Below, piece by piece: positions 42,525-56,700 of a stretch of 64,000 bases of DNA (position 1 is the stretch's first letter; every line of letters begins with the position of its first letter). A program made the translations under genes and the position numbers. The stretch lies in the NCBI GenBank assembly GCA_964016885.1, contig OZ024741.1, positions 68,820,001 to 68,884,000 of the forward strand. Reading direction: 5' to 3'. Origin of the DNA: Eledone cirrhosa. Taxonomy: Eukaryota. Under the pieces are notes generated by a model that was not told the DNA's origin, made no database searches, and saw nothing but the letters and a program-made list of their open reading frames with translations.

Positions 42525-42599
42525 TTAACCCTAACCCTAACCTTAACCCTAACTTTAACCCTAACTTTAACCGTAACCTTAACTCTAACCTTAACCTTT
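42525..42599. repeat. Degenerate telomere-like (CCCTAA)n hexamers
   Basis: TAACCCTAACCCTAACCTTAACCCTAACTTTAACCC... Confidence 0.6.
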
Positions 42600-42814
42600 A
42601 CATACTTGTTCAGTCTGCTAGAAATAGCAACAAAATCTCCCTCGTATCTCTCCATATATAAAAAGAAAGACATAGTAGACAATTTAGTTGCAGATTTACA
42701 AAAAGACGGGATGGTCAAGGCTGGAATATGTTTGATTATAAGTCTGGTTGGGCTGATTTGTAGCTAAACAACATAAATATCGTCCACAAAAATTCGGAAC
42801 CCACAACCAATTCA

Positions 42815-45530
42815 CACCACCATCGTCACCACCACCATTACCACCATCCGCTCTACCATCACCACTACCATCATCACCACCACTATTACCACCACCACCA
42901 TCCGCTCTACCATCACCATCACCATTACCACCACCACCATCCGCTCTACCATCACCACTACCATCATCGCCACCACTATTACCACCACCACCATCCGCTC
43001 TACCATCACCACTACCATCATCACCACCACTATTACCACCACCACCATCCGCTCTACCATCACCACTACCATCATCACCACCACTATTACCACCACCATC
43101 CGCTCTACCATCACCACTACCATCATCACCACCACCATCCGCTCTACCATCACCACTACCATCATCACCACCACTATTACCACCACCACCATCCGCTCTA
43201 CCATCACCACTACCATCATCACCACCACTATTACCACCACCACCATCCGCTCTACCATCATCACTACCACTATTACCACCACCACCATCCGCTCTACCAT
43301 CACCACTACCACCATCCGCTCTACCATCACCACTACCATCATCACCACCACCATCCGCTCTACCATCACCACTACGATCATCACCACCACCATCCGCTCT
43401 ACCATCACCACTACCATCATCACCACCACTATTACCACCACCACCATCCGCTCTACCATCACCACTACCATCATCACCACCACCATTACCACCACCACCA
43501 TCCGCTCTACCATCACCATCACCATTACCACCACCACCATCCGCTCTACCATCACCACTACCATCATCACCACCACCATTACCACCACCATCATCCGCTC
43601 TACCATCACCACTACCATCATCACCACCACCATTACCACCACCACCATCCGCTCTACCATCACCACTACCATCATCACCACCACCATTACCACCACCACC
43701 ATCCGCTCTACCATCACCACCACCATTACCACCACCACCATCCGCTCTACCATCACCACTACCATCATCACCACCACCATTACCACCACCACCATCCGCT
43801 CTACCATCACCACTACCATCATCACCACCACCATTACCACCACCACCATCCGCTCTACCATCACCACCACCATTACCACCACCATCATCCGCTCTACCAT
43901 CACCACTACCATCATCACCACCACCATTACCATCACCACCATCCGCTCTACCATCACCACCACCATTACCACCACCACCATCCGCTCTACCATCACCACT
44001 ACCATCATCACCACCACCATTACCACCACCACCATCCGCTCTACCATCACCACCACCATTACCACCACCACCATCCGCTCTACCATCACCACTACCATCA
44101 TCACCACCACCATTAACACCACCACCATCATCACCACCACCATCCGCTCTACAATCGCCACTACCATCATCACTACCACTATTACCACCACCATCCGCTC
44201 TACCATCACCACTACCATCATCACCACCACCATTAACACCACCATCATCCGCTCTACCATCACCACTACCATCATCACCACCACCATCATCACCACCACC
44301 ATCATCACCACCACCATCCGCTCTACAATCACCACTACCATCATCACCACCACCACCATTAACACCACCACCATCCGCTCTACAATCGCCACTACCATCA
44401 TCACTACCACTATTACCACCACCATCCGCTCTACCATCACCACTACCATCATCACCACCACCATTACCACCACCACCATCCGCTCTACCATCACCACTAC
44501 CATCATCACCACCACCATTACCACCACCACCATCCGCTCTACAATCACCACTACCATCATCACTACCACTATTACCACCACCACCATCCGCTCTACCATC
44601 ACCACCACCATTACCACCACCATCATCCGCTCTACCATCACCACTACCATCATCATCACCACCATTACCACCACCACCATACGCTCTACAATCACCACTA
44701 ACAACGTCACCATTAACACCACCACCATCCGCTCTACCATCACCACTACCATCATCACCACCACCATTACCATCACCACTACCATTACAATCACCACCAC
44801 CATTACCACCACCACCATCCGCTCTACCATCACCACTACCATCATCACCACCACTATTACCACCACCACCATCCGCTCTACCATCACCACTACCATCATC
44901 ACCACCACCATTACCACCACCACCATCCGCTCTACCATCACCACTGCCATCATCACCACCACCATTACCACCACCATCATCCGCTCTACAATCACCACTA
45001 CCATCGTCACTACCCCCAACGACTACAATGCCTACAACCATAACCACCACCACAACCACTACCACTACTTCCACCGCTATAACTACCACTACCACCACCA
45101 CAACCACCACCACCATCACCATCACCACTACCACTACTTCCACCGCCATAACTACCACTACCACCACCACAACCACCACCACCACCACCACTAGCACTAC
45201 CACCACTACCACCAGCACCACTACTACCACCACCACCAACACCACCACCACTACTACTACCACCACTACTACTACCACCACTACTACCACATACCACCAC
45301 CACCACCACACTACCACTACCACCACCTCCACCACCACCACCACACCACTACCACTACCACACCACCACCACCACCCCACCACAAAACTACCACCACCAC
45401 CGCCACCACCACCACTACCACCACCACCACCACTACCACCACCACCCCACCACTACCACCACCACCACCACCACCACCACCACCACACCACCACCACTAC
45501 TACCACCACCACTACCAACTGTATCGTAAC
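42815..45530. repeat. (ACC/ATC)-based minisatellite with CCATCCGCTCTA marker, grading into simple (ACC/ACT)n
   Basis: Units of ~33-54 bp in multiples of 3 to ~45000; low-complexity tail to 45530. Confidence 0.9.
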
Positions 45531-45813
45531 CACAAACCAATAATATCTCCTACAAAAGCTTAGTTTTCGCAATCAAGAAAGAAACAGTTTCATTTTTGCG
45601 ATGAAATAAAATGATAAGAATAGATATAAAAATAGATATAAACGATTGATATCTTGACATCAGAAAGTATTTGCTTTGTTTCACCGCCTCTCATATTTCA
45701 CTTCCAGTCGTTGTCTACGTGTTATTGTTGTTCAAGGTTTCCGACAAGTGAAGTTCTGTAAGTACTGGTTCAGTCTTATCCGCCATTACACGTCACTTAA
45801 CCCATTTGTTCAA

Positions 45814-46447
45814 TACGAGGGTCGGCTGAATGGTTCATGGGCTGACTATGAAGGAGTGATGTTAGAGCTGGGAAATCTTCCATGCATTAATTTCAATTCT
45901 TCTTATTAATAAATACATTGTTTTCTTTCCAGGGACTATGCTGGAAAATAAATCTCATTTGGTCATTCCATGAGAGTATCTTGGTCAGATTATGAAGGAG
46001 TGATGTTAGAGCTGTAAAATCTTACATGCATTAATTTCAATTCTTCTTATTAATAACTATATTGTTTTCTTTCCAAGGACTATGCTTGAAAATAAATCTC
46101 ATTTGATCATACCATGAGAGTATTATGGTCAGTTTATGAAGGCGCGATGCTAGAGCTGTGAAATGTTGCCTACATTAATGTCAACTCTTCTTATTAATAA
46201 CTACATTGTTTTCTTTCCAAGGACTATGTTGAAAATAAATATCATTTGGTCGTTCCATGAGAGTATCTTGGTCAGATTATGAAGGAATAATGCTAGAGCT
46301 GTGAAATCTTGCATGCATTAATTTCAACTTGTCTTATTAATAACTACATTGTTTTCTTTCCAAGAACTATGCTGGAAAATAAATCTCATTTCGTCATTCC
46401 ATGAGAGTATCTTGGTCAGCCTATGAACCTTTCTGCTGAACTTCGTA
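45814..46447. mobile_element. Mariner-type MITE with internally tandemised 144-bp unit (x4)
   Basis: TA-CGAGGGTCGGCTGAATGGTTCATGGGCTGAC ... GTCAGCCTATGAACCTTTCTGCTGAACTTCG-TA; units start at 45847, 45991, 46135, 46278. Confidence 0.75.
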
Positions 46448-46855
46448 TATTCGCGAATTCTAGTCAGTAACCAACATCGTGAAGGGGAATTCGCTATTTG
46501 AAATGGAGCCTACATTTCACATATGGCCTGGGCCTAATACCAGCTTTGTTAGGATATTTATCTGACATGGGAACCACTTTGGGCTCCATTTGTTTCCCAT
46601 GTGTTGTGAAACTGACAGGCGTATCTTGTGTCCACATTCTGCCGACTGTGGAGGTAGCCCAATGTTCTGGATTACCTACCATAGTCACCTTTTTCTTTAC
46701 CTCAATGATCTACTTGTGTTACTTCTAACTTCTAACTGTACACACAAGTAGTAATAGATAACACTCTTCAATTCCCCTTGACATTCTCCGCACAAACGTC
46801 AACAATATATTAATACACAGACATATGCAAGAACACTCGCACATACACGTGTTTG

Positions 46856-46988
<133 letters not shown>

Positions 46989-47394
46989 GTACATAAAGAT
47001 AGGCGCGCGTTCACATGCTTATCGAAAATGAGTTTAATAAGCCCTTGTTATGTATAGTCATGACTGAAAGGTGCCACGATGCTTTAGTATCTTTCGCGTG
47101 GTTTAGACTAAATTATTGACTTGATAATTGTGATATTTCAGCAATGAACCAGACGAATTTAGAGGTTATTTATACCAAAATCTAACGAACAAATATGTTT
47201 GAATCGCCATTACACCATCGAGACTCCACTGAAAGACTTCAATAGCCGTAGTAAGAATGGAAAGTTGTCATGTTCATGTATTTTTATCGGTATTCACAAA
47301 GTATCAAGAAAACACGAATCAACGTGAAAGTCTCTATGTTATTCTATTTGCTAGATATTGCAGCCAACACTACTTCTAGCCAAGTCATGATGTT

Positions 47395-47695
47395 GGACCT
47401 CCGTCGGTGGCAACGACGAGTGTGCCAGTTGTTTGAACAACGGAACAACCTGCTCGGGGAACTAAAGTGTAGGTGACTAAGCATTCCATAAACACGTGTA
47501 CCCTTAATGTAGTTCTCAGAGAGATTCAGGGTGATACTGTATGCAATAATGGTGGCTCTTTAAATTACAAGTACAACTAATTTTGCTAGCTGTGTGGACT
47601 GGAGCAATGTAAAATAAAATGTGTTTCATTAAAAAAACGAACTCACGACCAAACGATTGGGAGCGGAACACCCTCACCAGTAAGCCACACGTCTT
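47395..47695 (-). mobile_element. Second SINE family copy with tRNA-like head
   Basis: Minus-strand head CGTGTGGCTTACTGGTGAGGG...GTGAGTTCG; core as at 57555-57870. Confidence 0.6.
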
Positions 47696-49161
47696 CACAT
47701 CTACAAAAATAAAACAAAGAAATTTGATCACGGCTAGAATGCCTTTGATCATAGGTCGGTTCAATTAGGGCTAACCTGAGTCAAACAAAAATAATGGTTT
47801 CTAGTAATAGGCACAAGACCAGTAATGTGGGAGGGGGGGGGGTTCGATTAAATCGACCCCAGTGCATGACTGATACTTTATTTTATCGACCTCGTAAGGA
47901 TGAAAGGCAAAGTTAACCTCGGTGGGATTTGAACTCAAAGTCAAACAAAAATAATGACGACGTTGACGACAAGCAAAAGAATTGAAATGGCTTCAAGCGG
48001 AAATGGAAACCAGCAGCGTTACCTCACATTACCTTGAATTTACCATTTATTCTAAGTATATTACTACCTATTGTAAATTAGTGGAAACAAGGATTTCTTA
48101 AATTAGCACAATGGTTACAGATTTTCAACAGATTGAATCAACTCAGTACATAGCCGATACGTATTTTATGTCATGGCATAGTCCCGTAACTCATGGGGAA
48201 GTCGTTGGGGCGCTGTATTGACATACGGCGTTTCTAGGGCTTTTCATTTTAAAACTGGCGAAACCCATCCCTCTCCAGGTCTGACTACAGGATATTTCTA
48301 CCAGAGAAGAATAGAGGGTGAGAGAATGGAAGTGAGAAAGAGATAAGGCGGATGAATCGACCCCAGTACTAGAGTGGTACTTTTTTTATCGACCTCGAAT
48401 GGATGACTGGCAAAGTTGACCTCAGAGAGCAGAGAGCCGAAACTAATACCGCAAAGCATTCTATACGACATTCAAACGACTGCCAATTCGCCGCCTTTAA
48501 GAGAGATTAAAAGGCGGGATTTGAAATCAGAACGTGGTGTGGCAGAATTAATTACAGAAAGACAAATGTTTTAGTTCTAATGTTTCTGCGGCCCCACAGC
48601 ATTTGTAATACAATAATAGTTTCTGATTTAGGCACAAGACCAACAATTTCTGGAGGAGGAAGGGGAATAAATCGACCCCAGTGTGTTACTGGTATTTTAT
48701 CTTTTCAACCCCATAAGTTAACCTCGGCGAGATTTAAACTCAGACCTTGTTTAGTTTCAGTGTTTCTGCGACCACACAGCATTTGTAATACAATATTTGT
48801 TTGATTTTCTTTTTTGCTTTTTGCCAAGATAACGCACGAATGTTAGCCAAAATTAATTAATAAATATTAATTAGTCGAAATGTTATGTTCTATAGATATG
48901 AAGTAATTTTCACCAGAAGATAATTAACAACCTAAATACTAGTCACATTTCAGATTTGCTTCTTGTTCTTGTGTTGTTTAATTTTAATATCTGAATCTCT
49001 GCTTTTCAGAAGACATACTACTCCTCTCAACAGACAATGAGGAAGCCACTGCGTTAGCAATAGCAGCCAAATTCTCCCTCTAAGCACACGCCACTCTTCG
49101 TCTTCACATTGATTAACATAATATATATATATATGGCTTTTACAGTAATAGAACTGTTTCA

Positions 49162-49292
<131 letters not shown>

Positions 49293-50389
49293 GTGTGTGT
49301 ATGTAAGTATGTATGTATGTAAGTATTATGTACGTCGTCCCTATAATAATGGTTTCTTATATAGGCACAAGGCCAGCAACTTTGGGGGAGGGGAAACTCG
49401 ATTAAACAGACCCCGGTGTGTGACTGGTACTTATTTTATCGACCCCGTAAGGATGAAAGGCAAAGTTAACCTCGGCTGGATTTGAACTCAGATCATAAAG
49501 GGCCGTAACTCTATGCTGCAAAGCATGGCGTCCGACCCTCTACCGATACTGCCAGCGCATTAGTTGACCTAATACAATGGCAAAAGAAAACTGTCCAATG
49601 CGTTGCGCAGCGGGTTTCGAACCCGGAATGACATGGTTGTATTGTGTAACGGACAACCTAACCACACAGCTATACCTACATACATATGTGTACATCATGT
49701 TAGTTTCTTCGTCTATTGGTAAAATGTGTGGGTGTAGAGGCGACGTTTGTGAATATATCTAAATTATCAATGTTTCTAGATGATAATCTGGTTTATGAAG
49801 GTGTCTATTACCCGCTGATGAGTGACTATAAGAAGTTGTGGTAAATGTAGAGCGGACTAAGAGTGCTTGGCAACTGTGTCAAGGGGGTGTAAAATGTCAA
49901 CTCTGGCTAAGCTTGTTAGAGTACCAAATACGTGGAAATTATAACGAAGAATGTCATAGATGATGGTGGTGGTGGTGGTGGTGATGAAGTTGTGGTGGTG
50001 TTGGTGCTGATGGTGGTGGTGGTGGTAGTGGTGGTGGGGACGACGTATATGTGTGGAGTGGTCATAATTGTTGTCGTCGTCATCGTCGCCGTTGTGACAA
50101 GGATGATAGTTTGGAAGAAGAAGAAGAAGAAGAAGACTACTAAGATCATCGGGTAAAAACGTGTACTCAAAAGAAATTAATGTTTACATCCTTCAATCAT
50201 TTTTGAGCGTTAAAATTATTTGAACTTAGTTTAAAGTGTTCAACTCGGATCAAATTAGCCGACTAATCAATATTTTCTTTTTGGGGTTTTGTTGATGTTT
50301 TTGTTCATATTTTTCCATGTTGATTGGCTCCAGTAATATTTAGTATTTATGTATATATGTATCAATGTATGTATGTATATATCTATGTA

Positions 50390-50960
50390 TGTATGTTATC
50401 TCTTTCTCTTAATTTCGAGTATATTTTTTTGACCAGCCACCTTCCTGGTGGCAAGGTTGTATAAGAAAAGGAATTGTCATCCCTTGAAGGTGCCAGCTAT
50501 CGCAGCTAAAGGTGTATCTTGGATACTGGATTTGTAAACTCCTCATCAATGGTCCGTAGATGTCCTCCTTCTCCTGTATTTTTCTGACAATGTTTACATC
50601 AAGTGGGCAGCTGATCTCCACAACATATGTATGTATGTATGTTCTCTTTCTCTTGATTTCGAGTGCATTTCTAACCGGTCACCTTCCTAGTAGCAAGGTT
50701 GTAAAAGAAAAGAAATTGTCATCCCTTGAATCGCAATAATGTTTTGCAAATTTTGGAGGTGCCAGCTATCGCAGCTATTTGTAGTCTATGAATTAGGGAG
50801 CTGCGCTCTTTTTCCACAACTCCAAGTACAGTCATATTTTAGTCAAGCGGGTTGGTATATAACCTGTAGCTCCAATAATGATGGGTATGAAGCTGAAGGT
50901 GTATCTTGTATTTTTCTTACAACGCTGACATCAAGTGGGCAGCTGATCTATACAACAATG
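50390..50960 (-). mobile_element. Two tandem 3' fragments of an RLE-type non-LTR element with (ACAT)n tails
   Basis: VEISCPLDVNIVRKIQEKEDIYGPL...YPRYTF and PIIIGATGYIPTRL; shared 3' UTR. Confidence 0.6.
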
Positions 50961-51039
50961 TATATGTATGTATGTGTGTATGTATAAAGTTTTTTTGTGT
51001 TTTTGTTTTGTTTTGTTTTTGGTTGTTTTTTTTTGTGTG

Positions 51040-51376
51040 TGCGAGAGATTCCTAGTCTTCATTAAGACATCTCTCTATGAGAAGGTCACTCTGGTATAAA
51101 ACCTGCGACTTTGTTTGCATCCAATAATGTAGAAGAGTTTTTTTATTGGGGGGTAAATGCATTCGATGTTAAGAGAGTGGGATTGGCCCCATGCAAAGCC
51201 TTTCCACACTTAAAAAAGCACCAATCTTAGGCATCGCTTGATATGTGACATTTTTTTTGCGATGCTTGGTATTCCTGGCCATAGGCAAGTCCCAAGCAGG
51301 ACTAAAAAGCCACGTCCGTTATGTTCATGTTTAAGTATCAAGCGATGGCATTACTCGAAATCGAGTTGCAACCATG
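51040..51376 (+). mobile_element. Older diverged copy of the RTE-derived retroposon
   Basis: CTCTGGTATAAAACCTGC, GTTAAGAGAGTGGGATTGGC, GGACTAAAAAGCCAC, ACTCGAAATCGAGTTGCAACCATGTATG. Confidence 0.6.
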
Positions 51377-51453
51377 TATGTATGTATATATATATGTGTA
51401 TGTATGTATGTATGTAGTATGTATGTATGTATGTATGTATGTATGTATGTATG

Positions 51454-51484
<31 letters not shown>

Positions 51485-51486
<2 letters not shown>

Positions 51487-52094
51487 CAGGTCACCAGTTG
51501 GTGCTACTGGTAACATGTATCCCAGTACAACCTGTCTCATGGTCGGGTCGTTGGCGACTAAACTGGCAACCCCACCAAGGTTTCTTGGTGAGGAGGGTGA
51601 CTTTGGACATCCTGCAGGACTAAAAACAAAACCTGTCAAAGGGCAAAGGAGCTCTTAAGAGTCAATGGCCATCCAAAATCACCGGGAGAGATGACCCCTT
51701 AGCCTTTGTCAAGGCAGAATTCTAGGAGAAGGAAAACTCTGATATAACACCTGCAACCCTGATGGTATCCAATGATGTTGACTTGTTCTTCTTTTTGGTA
51801 AATATCATCTTGGTTAAGAGAGTGGGACTGGCTTTGTGCAGTGCCTTTGCTCACTATAAAAGCTTCACGGCACAGGCATTGCTTTATATTTGGAGATCTC
51901 TCTGCACTTGTCGTCACATGGTACCATGGGCCCAGCACTATGTGTCAATAATTGTCACAAGTGTAGTGTTTGTACCAGAGTTTTCAAGTCGCTGGCTGGA
52001 CTAAAAAGTCACACTCGTTCAGCGCATCGGTAGGGGTTCTCCTACAGGGATATAAAGTAATGGCCGTACTCGAAAACGAGTTGGCAGCCATCAT
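51485..52094 (+). mobile_element. RTE-derived ~610-bp retroposon
   Basis: Full-length match to 16468-17077; (TATG)n both sides. Confidence 0.85.
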
Positions 52095-52150
52095 GTATGT
52101 ATGTATGTATGTATGTATGTATGTATGTATGTATGTATGTATGTATGTAT

Positions 52151-52760
52151 GTCAGGTCACCAGTTGGTGCTACTGGTAACATGTATCCCAGTACAACCTG
52201 TCTCATGGTCGGGTCGTTGGCGACTAAACTGGCAACCCCACCAAGGTTTCTTGGTGAAGAGGGTGACTTTGGACATCCTACAGGACTAAAAACAAAACTT
52301 GTCAAAGGGCAAAGGAGCTCTTAAGAGTCAATGGCCATCCAAAATCACCGAGAGAGATGACCCCTTAGCCTTTGTCAAGGTAAAATTCTAGGAGAAGGAA
52401 AACTCTGATATAACACCTGCAGCCCTGATGGTATCCAATGATGTTGACTTGTTCTTCTTTTTGGTAAATATCATCTTGGTTAAGAGAGTGGGACTGGCTT
52501 TGTGCAGTGCCTTTGCTCACTATAAAAGCTTCACGGCACAGGCATTGCTTTATATCTGGAGATCTCTCTGCACTTGTCGTCACATGGTACCATGGGTCCA
52601 GCACTATGTGTCAATAATTGTCACAAGTGTAATGTTTGAACCAGAGTTTTCAAGTCGCTGGCTGGACTAAAAAGCCACACTCGTTCAGCTCATCGGTAGG
52701 GGTTCTCCTACATGGATATAAAGTAGTGGCCGTACTCGAAAACGAGTTGGCAGCCACCAT
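52151..52760 (+). mobile_element. RTE-derived ~610-bp retroposon (tandem copy)
   Basis: Full-length match; separated from the previous copy only by (TATG)n. Confidence 0.85.
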
Positions 52761-52901
52761 GTATGTATGTGTGTGTGTGTGTGTATCTTCTGGATTTATT
52801 ATTTTATAAATTTTCACCAAAACATAGTAGCAAGACTCTTTCATTGAAATTCAGACAACATCAACTGGATAGATACGTATGAATTTCTGTATGTGTTTGT
52901 T

Positions 52902-52992
<91 letters not shown>

Positions 52993-53069
52993 GTATGGAC
53001 GTTATTGCATGTGTGGGTCTATTATGTTTTGAGTTATATGTGTACACGTGCATCTTTTTATATCTATAC

Positions 53070-53197
<128 letters not shown>

Positions 53198-53677
53198 CTC
53201 CTGATTAAGTCATAGGTGTGACATTTTGTCATTAAAATACTTTGGGTATTTTAAACCTGGCGAATCTCATTCCTTCTCCAGATCCGAAGGCGGCTTATTC
53301 TTTCCAGAGAAAGAGAGAGAGAGAGAGAGTGGGATAGAGAGGAGGTGTGAAAGGGATATAGTAGAAGAATGGACCCCAGTATTGAACTGGTACTTTTTTT
53401 TATCAACCTCGAAAGGATAAAAGACAAAGTTGACCTTTATGGGATTTAGATTATATAATTGTTTCTACTTTTGGCACAAGGACAGCAATCACCCAGTACA
53501 TTACTGGTACTTTATTTTATCGACCTCGTAAGGATGGAAGACAAAGTTGACCTCGACGGGGTTTGAACTCAGACCGTAAAGGGACGTAACTATGCTGGCA
53601 AGCATGGCGTCCGATGCAATAAAAAACGAAAAAAATGAATATTGAAAGAACATTGAGGCTGACGGTAGACACTACAC

Positions 53678-53844
53678 CAGTCATGGGCAAACTGCGACCC
53701 CTGAGTCACATGCGGCCTATTTGGCTTTCTGAATGGCACGCCTAATTTCAAATTTGCCTTGCTTGAATGTTTTAGTCGTGCAGCCACCTTATGATGAACC
53801 ACATCCTATGTGGTTCACTGCTCGAAAAAGACTTCCCATGCCTG
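53678..53844. mobile_element. hAT (Charlie-like) MITE
   Basis: TIRs CAGTCATGGGCAA / CTTCCCATGCCTG; 8-bp TSD CACTACAC / CTCTACAC (7/8). Confidence 0.75.
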
Positions 53845-54016
53845 CTCTACACCTGTTTGGTTTATAAACAAAAGATGCTATCATTGTACCAGTGTCAGTA
53901 ACATCTTTTGGGTGAAACGTTTATTTCATGTACTTCAGTAATTCGTATTTATTTCTAGAAAGCTGTTTCTCCGTCTGTCTGTCCGTCCGTCACATATATA
54001 TATATATATATATATA

Positions 54017-55592
54017 TTGTTATACTTGGAGAGGGTCATATTTGTGTAATATTGCCAGAATTAATAACAGAACACACTCACTGTTTGGTTGGTTTTCGCT
54101 TTTCGTTTCTGTGTCTTTTATATCGGTAATCTAATATACTCGGCCCTCAATGTTGCCATTGACTGACCGACGGTCAAAAATAATACAGATACAATATAGA
54201 CACAAACACATATATATAGTTTATCATAAATCTTTCGTTGCACATCTGCAACATCGTCAGTGGTGCTATTGTTTCCTCCTGTTGAATTGTATGGCTACGC
54301 CATTTTTATTCATTCTGTCTATATATTTATTTATTTATTTGCTTGTTTGTTTATTTTATTTTGTCTTCTTTGCGCATGCGTTTGCGTGTGTGTATAGTGT
54401 TTTGTTTGATGTGTGATGTGTGTTCGTGATTGGGTGACTAATGTGTGTTTATGTGTTTGTTGTTATTGTGCTTGTGTATGTATTTATTTATTTATTTATT
54501 TATTTATTTATTTTATTTTATTTTATTTACTTATTTATACTTCTCTTAGGTCAGTGTTGTTTGTTTGGGTGTTGTTGTTATTCCATTTATTCTTTCTGTT
54601 TAGTCTTGGTCTTCTAAGTTCTATTTCACTGGCCTCTCTGATTTGCCTATCTGCTGGGTCATTTCTATGTTTAGATATTATCCTAATTTCTATGTTGTCT
54701 ATGTTACCGTCATGTTGTTGTCTGGCATGTTCGTATAGTACTGACCCGTTTTTTCGTCCTTTTAGTTCCCCCCCCCCCCAGTGTTGGTCTATCCTTTCAC
54801 CTATGCTACGAGCTGTCTCACCTATGTATGTTGTTGTCATGTTTCTGCAGGTACCCTCTGTACATCTTATGCTATAGACTACGTTTCTAGTTTTACAGTT
54901 TATCCGGGGGTTTACCTTACATATGATACATTTCCTATTGGTACAGTGGGTTTTCTTAAAAAGGTAGGTTTTGCTGATCAGGGATTTTATGGTGGTTCCT
55001 GGCTTTTCTACCACCTTAATTTTTAAGTAGGTCTTTCTCAGGGCCTTTCTACACTGGTTAGTTAATTTCCCTCCAGGGGTAGCGTCCACAAACATGACAC
55101 TCTGGTATCTCTGGTTGTCGTACCATGAGGTGGCTTAACCTATCTTATGTCTAGCCCTATCTAAGCTATTCCATGATTTGCTCCTGTATAATGGGCAAAT
55201 TCCTTTCATGTCCAGTTCTATGTGGGTCTTATAGACAGACTGAATAAAAATGGCGTAGCCATACAATTCAACAGGAGGAAACAATAGCACCACTGACGAT
55301 GTTGCAGATGTGCAACGAAAGATTTATGATAAACTATATATATGTGTTTGTGTCTATATTGTATCTGTATTATTTTTGACCGTCGGTCAGTCAATGGCTA
55401 CATTGAGGACCGAGTATATTAGATTACCGATATAAAAGACAGAAGCGAAAAGCGAAAACCAACCAAACAGTGAGTGTGTTCTGTTATTAATTCTGGCAAT
55501 ATTACACAAATATGACCCTCTCCAATTATAACAATATTTGTTTCGACACACGATTTCATATAAAAAACCTCGCAAAACTAATTCATCGCCGT

Positions 55593-55595
<3 letters not shown>
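54017..55595. mobile_element. PLE family B copy 1: long inverted arm carrying GIY-YIG (- strand) plus short direct pLTR and extension
   Basis: 54017-~54320 is inverted relative to ~55235-55535; ORF remnant 54535-55230(-); hammerhead CTGACGA-T-GTTGCA(gatg)TGCAAC-GAAA at ~55288-55330(+) and ~54223-54265(-). Confidence 0.85.
54535..55230 (-). pseudogene. PLE thumb/linker + GIY-YIG fragment
   Basis: SVMFVDATPGGKL, CTNRKCIIC, NCKTRNVVYSIRC, YIGETARSIGERI, RQIREASEI, LNRKNKW. Confidence 0.85.
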
Positions 55596-55651
<56 letters not shown>

Positions 55652-55653
<2 letters not shown>

Positions 55654-55908
55654 CGACGAAACATAAGTCAATTGCATGAACTCATAATCCTTTATTTACT
55701 GGTATATATATTTCGATGATAGCCATTGAATGGCTATGACCTCATCAGGCAGCTAGTCAGTTCTTAGATATGCCAGCTCTGTGTTTATAGTGTTGATGGT
55801 ATCAGAGTCTTGGGACATATGAGCTTGTTAGGAATAATTTAATGTTGTCAGCAGGAATAGTCTTAAATCTCATTGGTCAGTTTGTAGATGCTAGTAGAGT
55901 TGGTATTT
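55652..55908 (-). mobile_element. PLE pLTR remnant with hammerhead (55699-55752)
   Basis: CTGc-CTGATGA-G...ATAGCCAT(tca)ATGGCTAT...C-GAAA-TATATA-TA-cCAG, AATAAA; TA flanks. Confidence 0.65.
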
Positions 55909-55909
55909 G

Positions 55910-55996
<87 letters not shown>

Positions 55997-56000
<4 letters not shown>

Positions 56001-56310
56001 AAGATGGCGTAGGACAGAACAAAGGAGAGGCACAAAAACAAAGAAAAAAATCCCCAGTCACTGAAGAGGTCACAGAATGTGTGACGAAAGAACTTTGACA
56101 ATATATAAACAATCATCTGGTTGTGGAACCAACCAACCAACCGGAAATTTATAAATTCCTAAACTTATAAATTTATTATAATAAATTGAAGTGAAAGTAA
56201 CTGGTGCGTGTGTTTCTTATTGGCAACATGACCCTCCCAAAGTATAACAATATCGGTTTCAACACACGTTTTCAGATAAAGAATCTTGCTAAACAAATTC
56301 AGAAACGAAA
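55997..56310 (+). mobile_element. PLE family A solo pLTR end plus extension
   Basis: Matches 8985-9300, including hammerhead and extension. Confidence 0.8.
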
Positions 56311-56332
56311 TATATATATATATATATATAAA

Positions 56333-56700
56333 AGGTAAACAGAAATAACAACACAATCGGTACAGTATATGGAAGGAATATATTAGGTTAACGTTTGAAA
56401 TAGCAGGAAGAGGGTCTTAATGTTTCGGACGCTAGTCCTTCATCAGAAGAAAGAATGAAAAATAAGATAGATTGAGGGGACTGGCGAGTTGGAATTGGAA
56501 AAAATGCCTTTAGATAAAAATAACAGGTCCATTCATGTTGACATCTCTTGGAAAACTGTTGGTGCTGGGAAAGGGGGGAATGAAACGGGAGGCAACCCAC
56601 TTTTTTAAGTTGAGTGGAGAAGAGAGATAACTTATGTTGTGCCTATAGTTAGAGATAGAAATCTGTGGGGGGGGGGGGGGGGCTAGTCATTATAAACAAG
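56333..56700 (-). mobile_element. PLE-like remnant with minimal hammerhead (56415-56450)
   Basis: TCTT-CTGATGA-A-GGAC(tagc)GTCC-GAAA-CA-TT-AAGA. Confidence 0.55.

Noticed and set aside
42525-42599. True telomere or chromosome fusion site
   Set aside because: Only ~12 degenerate hexamers in one orientation, embedded in other repeats
42696-45383. 895-aa and 735-aa ORFs as genes
   Set aside because: Overlapping frames of a trinucleotide-based minisatellite; no domain or gene-structure evidence
45847-46421. Regular repeats as a CRISPR array
   Set aside because: Whole 144-bp units repeat with no unique spacers, no cas genes, eukaryotic context
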